Shown here: piece after piece, positions 35,142 to 41,381 of the stretch
Position numbering within the stretch: position 1 is the first letter of the stretch
Layout: each line of letters starts with the position of its first letter
Virus record (IMG/VR): IMGVR_UViG_3300049982_000339
Coordinates: 1 to 41,381 of that record
Strand: one strand, 5' to 3'
Origin: a virus
Lineage: Duplodnaviria > Caudoviricetes
Length of the DNA stretch: 41,381 bases
Notes under the pieces: generated by a model
Seen by the model: the letters and a program-made list of their open reading frames with translations, nothing else
Told to the model about the DNA's origin: nothing
Databases searched by the model: none
Program-made: the position numbers and the translations under genes

Positions 35142-38100
35142 AAAATGGTAATACATCGTCATCGTCCGGATCATCGCCGGTCGCGTTAAATTCGATGTTG
35201 GTTTGATGTTTGGCCGAGTCAACTTGCTCATACACAACCTGCGGCTGTTCATCCGCATCTGCTTCCTCTTCTTGCAGGTTGTTTTGTGCCTGGATGTAAA
35301 GCATTTCTTTAGTAACCTTTTGAGAATTGGGGATCACTTCCCACTCACCGGATGCTTCTACATACACCTTCTTTTCGACCTTTTTAATGATCTTGCCGTT
35401 TTTGTCCTGGTATTCTTTCGGGTTAAGCACATAGCCGTAAAACCTGCAGTATGCCTTCAGCTTTTCCATGAACTTTTGCGGGGTGATCTCTTTACCGTTA
35501 AATCGCTTATAGTCGCGCTGCGCCTCGTCACGTACAATGAAGTTATCCGTGCGGCCGGCTTCTTCGCTGAAGAACACCAGCGCCCAATCGTGCAGGTTAC
35601 CCATCTCGGCCAACAGGTTTCTTTTGTTGACGTTGCTCATGGCCGGCATGATCATTTCGGTCTGACCGAGATAGAATTTTAAGGCGTGTATCGCTACCTG
35701 GTAAAAGCTATTCCATTGCTCCGGTGTGAAGTCCGTAAATAGGGTCAACCCGATATCGGTAGTAGGATCGCGCTTTTCTAAATAATCGGTACTCTCATCC
35801 TTGTTATGGAAGAAATCGCTAAAGGCGGTCGGCAACATACGGCGAAACGTACTCGGCCCAAGATCCCGGGGCGTGTAATTGGAGGTAAAGGCCATCTTTG
35901 CCGATTTTTCAAACGGTACGGTAAAAGGTGTTTTACCTTTTGGGTTTACGTTCAAATCTCCGGATACATCCTTGTAAAATGGATCAAGCTTCAAATATTC
36001 ATGGGCATCATCAATAAGCAGGTACCTGGTATGCTCAGTAACGCCATCGTACTTAAACTGATCATCGTTTAGCTTAGAATTACGACCGTTAAGCGTCATG
36101 CTTTTCTTAAGGACCGCACGTATGGCCATGTCGAACATAATTGACTTACCGGAGCCGCCATGGCTTTTACCGTCATCGTTAATTTTATTGTCTTGCGCCC
36201 AAACAAACCAGCCTTTATTACGGGCTTTAAACCGGTGCAACAGGAAACCCATTACAAATATTTTATTTACCAGGTGCAGCTTTTGCTCCTCGGCCTCTTC
36301 AGCCGTTAGGTTACTGCCGGCTATGTTAAATTTATTCTCCTGGCAATATTTTTCATACTCTTCCGGTGTGCGGCCGTCCGGGCGGCGCTCCAGCTCTTCG
36401 CGCCAGTGTACGCGGCTGGTTTGCACCAGGTACTTCAGGAACGGGCAATCCTGATCATTGATGACAATGTCGAATGTACCAAGCTCATCTTTGGTGATGG
36501 TGAAAGGTGCTTGCTTTGGCTTCTCTATCCGGTGCTGCAGTACGTCATCTTCCCAAACGTAGCGATCTATAACACCTGGCTTATGGTAAATGATATCATC
36601 GGCCGTTATCTCAAGGGTATAATTGGTAAAGAAGATAAACTGACTTTCTTTGGTAGCATCTGTAAAGTCGATGTTGCGGAACTTTAACCTGGTGAGCGAG
36701 GTGCTATTTAACCGGCTGGTATAGATCATTGCATTACGCAGATCCTTATCAAATTGGCGTTCCTCTAAAAAGTCGTGTATAAAGTCCTGTATCTGATCCG
36801 CATCCGTTTCATAAATTATGTTACCAACCTGGCGGATGTAAACCCATTCTGTTTTCTTATCGCCAAAAGCCAGTCGGCCGAACCCGTTTTTAGATAAAAA
36901 GTTAAAGGCCTGCACACCGTCAAATTCATATTTGTAACCGGTGAACTTGCGATCGTCGCCCTTGCCTGAGTATTCGGCACGTTTTTCCCAAAAACGATAA
37001 GGAAGCGCCCGGTCAACTAATAAACGAAACTCCTTGCGCTTGTAGCGATCCATATAATCACGCAGATCCTTACACGGGTTGCCGCGACTATCCTTAAATT
37101 TCTTTAGCTCTTCCGGCAGTTCAATGCTGTACATGTCCAGGTATTCCATGTTAAGCGCATGAGCTGCTTTCTTACCTGTAGCGTCAATATCAGGCAGCTG
37201 ATAAAACTTTTCTACCCGGATAGAGATATGTTCATACTGCCACTGCTTAAGCTTTGCCGTTTCGCTGTTCATCCATAGCACCCGGTAACCCATCAAAGCG
37301 ACATTTAAGCCATCCGAACCGCCCGATACCAGGATAGCTTCGGGCAACTTGGCCTCTTTTGATTTTTTCTTTTCGGCTTTGCTCTTGCCTCCGGACCGGT
37401 CATCTTCCTCAGCCTCATCGTTCTGATCTTCCTCAATCAGCTTTTTACGCTCCTCATAGGCTTTATTAAGCTGAGACAGACCATGTATAAAGTCTTTAGG
37501 TTTTTCGCCGATGTACAGGAACCGCCGGCCTTTATCCGTATGCTTAGGCTGATAGATCTTTTGGTGTGTACCTTCATCAATCACGAACATTGGATAGGTA
37601 TCGGTAGCCGTAAAAGTCATTTTTTTACGGTTCTTGATAAACGAGTAACTATCCAATGCATGCCAGTGATATTCCAGGAACGTTTCTTTTATTTTCTCAT
37701 AGGCTGCCTTGCCTTTAACCTCATCGGCACTCTGCCAAAACATGGCCTGCAGTATTTTTTTACTTACAACGGTCTCAATCTCTAACGAGGTAAAATTGTC
37801 ATCCTCCCGGATCTCAAAGCTCCAGGTACCTTCTTTGTCTTCGGCCGCCGCCGGCTCGTCCGAATAATCAGCCCGGATAAGTTCTGCAGCTTTCTCAGCC
37901 GATACCACATTGTATTGAACGGCCAGGGCGCGTAATGCATCAACATACTCCAGGCCTTTTTCCTTCATAAAGCACTGGATGCCATTGCGGGGCTGCTGAT
38001 CATCGCCAAAGTCTGTTACCAGCCAGTTACCATCGTCGGTTTTTTTAAGGCTTGCCGATGCCGTTTTTTCTTCATGGATCTTAAATTTCCGTGATTTTTG

Positions 38101-38205
38101 GGTTTCGCTGCCGGCGGCCTGTGGATACAGATAGAAGATGATATCCAAGCCGCCATTGGTGGCGTTTAAAATGTCCTTCGCATCAACATAAAAATTGCTT
38201 TGCAC
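35140..38205 (-). CDS. Primase-helicase fusion (TOPRIM-like plus P-loop helicase)
   Basis: TOPRIM DxD in LPDIDATG, KDLRDY, Walker A GGSGKS, Walker B LLIDD, FTSN; acidic ...DDDDVLPF tail. Confidence 0.85.
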   Translation of the reverse strand: MQSNFYVDAKDILNATNGGLDIIFYLYPQAAGSETQKSRKFKIHEEKTASASLKKTDDGNWLVTDFGDDQQPRNGIQCFMKEKGLEYVDALRALAVQYNVVSAEKAAELIRADYSDEPAAAEDKEGTWSFEIREDDNFTSLEIETVVSKKILQAMFWQSADEVKGKAAYEKIKETFLEYHWHALDSYSFIKNRKKMTFTATDTYPMFVIDEGTHQKIYQPKHTDKGRRFLYIGEKPKDFIHGLSQLNKAYEERKKLIEEDQNDEAEEDDRSGGKSKAEKKKSKEAKLPEAILVSGGSDGLNVALMGYRVLWMNSETAKLKQWQYEHISIRVEKFYQLPDIDATGKKAAHALNMEYLDMYSIELPEELKKFKDSRGNPCKDLRDYMDRYKRKEFRLLVDRALPYRFWEKRAEYSGKGDDRKFTGYKYEFDGVQAFNFLSKNGFGRLAFGDKKTEWVYIRQVGNIIYETDADQIQDFIHDFLEERQFDKDLRNAMIYTSRLNSTSLTRLKFRNIDFTDATKESQFIFFTNYTLEITADDIIYHKPGVIDRYVWEDDVLQHRIEKPKQAPFTITKDELGTFDIVINDQDCPFLKYLVQTSRVHWREELERRPDGRTPEEYEKYCQENKFNIAGSNLTAEEAEEQKLHLVNKIFVMGFLLHRFKARNKGWFVWAQDNKINDDGKSHGGSGKSIMFDMAIRAVLKKSMTLNGRNSKLNDDQFKYDGVTEHTRYLLIDDAHEYLKLDPFYKDVSGDLNVNPKGKTPFTVPFEKSAKMAFTSNYTPRDLGPSTFRRMLPTAFSDFFHNKDESTDYLEKRDPTTDIGLTLFTDFTPEQWNSFYQVAIHALKFYLGQTEMIMPAMSNVNKRNLLAEMGNLHDWALVFFSEEAGRTDNFIVRDEAQRDYKRFNGKEITPQKFMEKLKAYCRFYGYVLNPKEYQDKNGKIIKKVEKKVYVEASGEWEVIPNSQKVTKEMLYIQAQNNLQEEEADADEQPQVVYEQVDSAKHQTNIEFNATGDDPDDDDVLPF

Positions 38206-38241
38206 GTGGGTTTATAGTTTAGTTGGTTAGTTAGGGGTTGG

Positions 38242-38397
38242 TTAAAAGGGCAACTGTTTTGAGATAATCAACCAAAGGTTATTGATGTACGCCTTTGTGT
38301 CTTTTTTCTTGAGTGGCCGATAATAGGTGTTGTAAGAAAAATAACCGCGATAGCTGAAATATTTCGCTTTGAAGTGCCTGCTATATAATCTTTTCAT
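38242..38397 (-). CDS. 51-aa basic aromatic peptide (not in ORF track)
   Basis: MKRLYSRHFKAKYFSYRGYFSYNTYYRPLKKKDTKAYINNLWLIISKQLPF; ATG 3 nt after the upstream stop. Confidence 0.5.
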   Translation of the reverse strand: MKRLYSRHFKAKYFSYRGYFSYNTYYRPLKKKDTKAYINNLWLIISKQLPF

Positions 38398-38400
38398 GGC

Positions 38401-38868
38401 TTAATAATTAAGATTTTTATTAAAAGCTGGATCTATCTCTTCCGGGTGATGCATTATCATCTCGATACTGTGATCAAGGTTTTCTTTGCAAGTAATAATA
38501 TTGTACCTCCGGAGGTAAGAAAGACCCTTTGGAATATCCGCATAGGTCAAATTGGAGCCGATGAGTATCACCTGCTCGGGTGACCATACAAAGGGCGCTT
38601 TCATTTTCGGTTCTACATCAAATCTATCTTCAAAGAAAAAAAGCAGAACCACATCAAGGCTTTTTTTAGATATCTCATCGATTAAAACTATGGTGTCTTC
38701 TGGCCGGGCGTTTCCAAGTATCCTACGGAGCCGCCTCGCTATATCAGCTTTTCTCAGATTGTTAAGCGGGCGCATATTTACTTCACAGATGCTTTTGCCC
38801 ATGGTCATTAATCCAGCAGCCCGGCTTTTACCGGTCGTGTATTCTCCTATTAGTATTGTTCTTTGCAT
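38401..38868 (-). CDS. Small P-loop NTPase-like protein
   Basis: GEYTTGKS (Walker A), VLIDE (Walker B), LIGSN, LRRY. Confidence 0.7.
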   Translation of the reverse strand: MQRTILIGEYTTGKSRAAGLMTMGKSICEVNMRPLNNLRKADIARRLRRILGNARPEDTIVLIDEISKKSLDVVLLFFFEDRFDVEPKMKAPFVWSPEQVILIGSNLTYADIPKGLSYLRRYNIITCKENLDHSIEMIMHHPEEIDPAFNKNLNY

Positions 38869-38873
38869 TTGGG

Positions 38874-38993
38874 TTACTTTTTAAAATTTCTGTTACGGCG
38901 CTCAATTTTGCGCTTGTGGTTTAATCGGTTGTATTCGTCTCTAACTCCATAGGCCATCAGGCCGACAAAAGCTATTATCATTATGGCAATCAT
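38874..38993 (-). CDS. 39-aa membrane-anchored basic peptide (not in ORF track)
   Basis: MIAIMIIAFVGLMAYGVRDEYNRLNHKRKIERRNRNFKK; ATGA overlap. Confidence 0.55.
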   Translation of the reverse strand: MIAIMIIAFVGLMAYGVRDEYNRLNHKRKIERRNRNFKK

Positions 38994-39547
38994 ATCAGCC
39001 TATGTTTGAATTTGTACCTGGTAATAGCCTCTGCTACATCTGCGTTATTGTCGACATAGATAACCCGGTTATGGCCTGTAATTGAATAAGCGGTTTTTCC
39101 CGACAATGACGGTACTGCGGCGCGCGTATAGCCAGGAAGACTGTTTTCTGAGGCGATAGCTTGAGGTTTGATCGCATTGTTATTGAACATGCGCTGCACT
39201 TCCTCCAGTCGTGATGCTTTAGCCTGAGCCTCCGCTTGCTGAGTTAGCCGGCGTTCTGTTTTAGCCAGGGCTTTCCGGGATCTTTCTAATTCGCGCAGCA
39301 ACCGGTCTTCCTCTTTACGCTCTTTACGCTTTTCAGCCTTAGCATCCCGAAGAGCTATGCCTGCAGCATTTAGTTTTTTTCGGCCTGCAGGGCGAAGCAC
39401 CCGGGGCGCGATATGCAGCTCGTCCGTTGCCGGCAGCTTTTCTTTTTTGACAATACGTTTTGCGTTATAATCAGTCCAGGAGAACTCCTGAACGTGGCCT
39501 GATGCGTAGATACGTTCTCCAGGGCCTAAATCCATAAAATCACTCAT
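38990..39547 (-). CDS. Hypothetical basic coiled-coil protein
   Basis: 185 aa with central R/K/E-rich helix. Confidence 0.7.
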   Translation of the reverse strand: MSDFMDLGPGERIYASGHVQEFSWTDYNAKRIVKKEKLPATDELHIAPRVLRPAGRKKLNAAGIALRDAKAEKRKERKEEDRLLRELERSRKALAKTERRLTQQAEAQAKASRLEEVQRMFNNNAIKPQAIASENSLPGYTRAAVPSLSGKTAYSITGHNRVIYVDNNADVAEAITRYKFKHRLI

Positions 39548-39725
39548 AATATGATTGGTTAATTAATTAGCGTTTAAATACCCCCGGCCAATTACACCGA
39601 GGGTTTTAGCCTGCCTGGCTCACTCATCATTTGCACAATCACTACACTTAAAAAATATCGGCGTGGCCAACCGAACCTAAACCTTTCCTTATCACATGGA
39701 TATAAAGAACACAGCCACTATATTT

Positions 39726-39983
39726 TTAATAATATCTGAACACCTTGTCCAGTTCAAAGTCAATTTCCAATTCTATGAGCATAAGGCGCTCCTTTAGATC
39801 ATCATCACTCATGCCACCATATTTCAATAAAAGGGTGTCCCAGTAAGTCAAATCAGCTTCTTTTACAATGAATGTTTCCTGCTTTTCCCTTGATACTCTA
39901 TTCGGATTCCGATAATTTAAAACCCGTTGAATACCGCGTCGTTTAATGAGCACCCGCGATAAGTCTTCCCATACATTATCCAT
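39726..39983 (-). CDS. Hypothetical protein
   Basis: 85 aa, overlaps the upstream gene. Confidence 0.65.
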   Translation of the reverse strand: MDNVWEDLSRVLIKRRGIQRVLNYRNPNRVSREKQETFIVKEADLTYWDTLLLKYGGMSDDDLKERLMLIELEIDFELDKVFRYY

Positions 39984-40398
39984 TATCCAGCCCTTTCATT
40001 TCTCTGCAGAACCTGATAATTGGTATAATCAGCAACTCATAAGTTTTAAAGTGGCGTGATTTTTCGCCAGGCGCGACCTGCCCGATTATCGTTTCAGAGT
40101 CGACAATTAATTGACACACCTGATGTAAAGAAGTATTCTTGTATTTGTTGACACGGCTGCGTAGAATCTCTGCAGTATTGGCCCGGCCATTATCGTTAAC
40201 GTGGGCAAACACATTCATGCGCTGGCCAAGCCAATGCGTTAACGTGTCTTTGATGTAAGTGCGATTATAGAAATACACCCAACGTTCCGCTTCGCTTTTG
40301 TCAGCCACCGTTATTGGCTTGCGCTTGCTGCCATCGGGATAATTCAAAACCAATTGCATATGCGCCTGGTTATCAATAAAGGCTTCTCCGTAGATCAT
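39976..40398 (-). CDS. Hypothetical protein
   Basis: 140 aa, ATG start. Confidence 0.7.
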   Translation of the reverse strand: MIYGEAFIDNQAHMQLVLNYPDGSKRKPITVADKSEAERWVYFYNRTYIKDTLTHWLGQRMNVFAHVNDNGRANTAEILRSRVNKYKNTSLHQVCQLIVDSETIIGQVAPGEKSRHFKTYELLIIPIIRFCREMKGLDNG

Positions 40399-40547
40399 AT
40401 AAGGTTGTGATTAGTGTTGATTGAGATCGCCACAGTATCACATATTCGGGCCAACTTTATAATTGACTTTTTAAATCCCGAAATAATTAACCTCTTTTGG
40501 ATACGTTTAAGCGGGGTGGATATGTGATAAAGGGTAATAGTTTTCAT
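40395..40547 (-). CDS. 50-aa basic peptide (not in ORF track)
   Basis: MKTITLYHISTPLKRIQKRLIISGFKKSIIKLARICDTVAISINTNHNLI; ATGA overlap with the next gene. Confidence 0.45.
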   Translation of the reverse strand: MKTITLYHISTPLKRIQKRLIISGFKKSIIKLARICDTVAISINTNHNLI

Positions 40548-40562
40548 GTATTCATAATATTT

Positions 40563-40601
40563 AAAGAGCAGCTGGATCCGCCAAGATTGAGGCTGCTCTT
40601 T
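40563..40601. terminator. Hairpin/terminator after LuxR-type gene
   Basis: AAAGAGCAGC-N19-GCTGCTCTTT. Confidence 0.5.
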
Positions 40602-40623
40602 TGTTTTACATCAGATTTTTTAA

Positions 40624-41169
40624 TCAAGCTATACCGTATTTAATTGATTGAGTGGCGATATGCACTTTTGTTATTGCACCAAGTTTGGGCTGAATATTAC
40701 GCTTGTGAGATCGTAATGTGTCGGGAGCAATATTTAAAATACTGCAGATCTCTTTATCCTGAAGGCCTTCCCGGATGAATGATGCTATCCGTAATTCTGT
40801 GGGCGTTATTTTATGCCCATTAATTATAATATACTTGCAAAGCCTGCCTTCTACAGCACACTCACCATGTCGTTTACCGCACCTTACATATTCCCGTTGC
40901 ACTACAGTATAGCCGGGGGCGATATCAGCAGTAAAATCATACGATGCGCAATTGCACTCTAAGAATTTAACGTGCCGTTCAAAGGTTCCCTCAATGCTTA
41001 ATTCGTCCAGCGCCTGGTGTGCGATGGCGTCAATAGAGTTACCTACAATAGTATGTATAGTAGATGGTAGGGACGGGTATGGTGTCTGAACACCTTCATG
41101 CATTGTTTTAAATTCCTCGTCTTGAACAAAGAATTCAGTTTCGCCGGGTCGGAAGCCTGCTGGTATCAT
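40624..41169 (-). CDS. LuxR/GerE-type HTH regulator with Cys-rich N-terminal domain
   Basis: ITPTELRIA...GLQDKEICSILNIAPDTLRSHKRNI..KLG; upstream CNC...C...C.....C. Confidence 0.85.
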   Translation of the reverse strand: MIPAGFRPGETEFFVQDEEFKTMHEGVQTPYPSLPSTIHTIVGNSIDAIAHQALDELSIEGTFERHVKFLECNCASYDFTADIAPGYTVVQREYVRCGKRHGECAVEGRLCKYIIINGHKITPTELRIASFIREGLQDKEICSILNIAPDTLRSHKRNIQPKLGAITKVHIATQSIKYGIA

Positions 41170-41381
41170 ATTGATAAGGTTGCTTTAGCTGAACTTATTT
41201 TAACCTGATGCTCATTCGCAAGTTCAATAGCGGCTAAAAGCAGGTCGTCATTTTTAGAAAAGCCGGACAAGATGTTTCTAACCGAACCAGGTTTGAGGCT
41301 AAACTTATCTGCCAATGTTTGTGATGCTCCTTTTGGTAAGCTGGTTCTTAATTTCTTTAGTTCTTCGGTTGTAAAGGTCAT
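41166..41381 (-). CDS. Cro-like HTH protein
   Basis: 71 aa, SQTLADKFSLKPGSVRNILSG; first gene of the early operon. Confidence 0.75.
   Translation of the reverse strand: MTFTTEELKKLRTSLPKGASQTLADKFSLKPGSVRNILSGFSKNDDLLLAAIELANEHQVKISSAKATLSI

Larger units (their letters stand above)
1..41381. mobile_element. Temperate siphovirus-like prophage of a Bacteroidota host; ends and att sites not visible
   Basis: Integrase, terminase, portal, S49 protease, capsid, tape measure, endolysin, primase-helicase and Cro-like genes in one co-oriented block; no tail sheath recognised. Confidence 0.95.

Noticed and set aside
39660-39722. tRNA suggested by GGTTCG and a GTGGC/GCCAC stem
   Set aside because: No cloverleaf: D, anticodon and T stems cannot be formed
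1-41381. CRISPR array, rRNA, IS elements
   Set aside because: No regularly spaced repeat-spacer array, rRNA-like sequence or transposase seen

Overview
The whole window is a near-complete temperate siphovirus-type prophage. The host is inferred to be Bacteroidota from TAnnTTTG promoters, A-rich leaders, Q-rule signal peptides and a Bacteroidota-type tyrosine integrase. Reading the minus strand from the right: Cro-like and LuxR-type regulators, a primase-helicase and many small early genes; an AT-rich putative origin; a candidate late activator; head genes (S49 protease/scaffold, major capsid) and a tail tube; an orphan C5 DNA methyltransferase; terminase, portal and adaptor; lysis genes; tail, fibre and tape-measure genes; then a secreted moron facing a convergent integrase. 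No CI repressor or att site is visible. Main signals not explained by the gene list: (1) six exact copies of CTGTCCTTTA placed 40-42 nt before late-operon ATGs, implying activator-dependent leaderless late promoters and correcting three start codons; (2) a tail-fibre-like protein and its neighbour that both carry Sec signal peptides; (3) two structured ncRNA candidates (about 17540-17791 and 21473-21573); (4) a CBM5/12-like module inserted in the major capsid protein; (5) early genes bracketed by exact 20-25 bp repeats of the translation-initiation junction. Protein calls come from motif recognition and synteny only; no searches were run.
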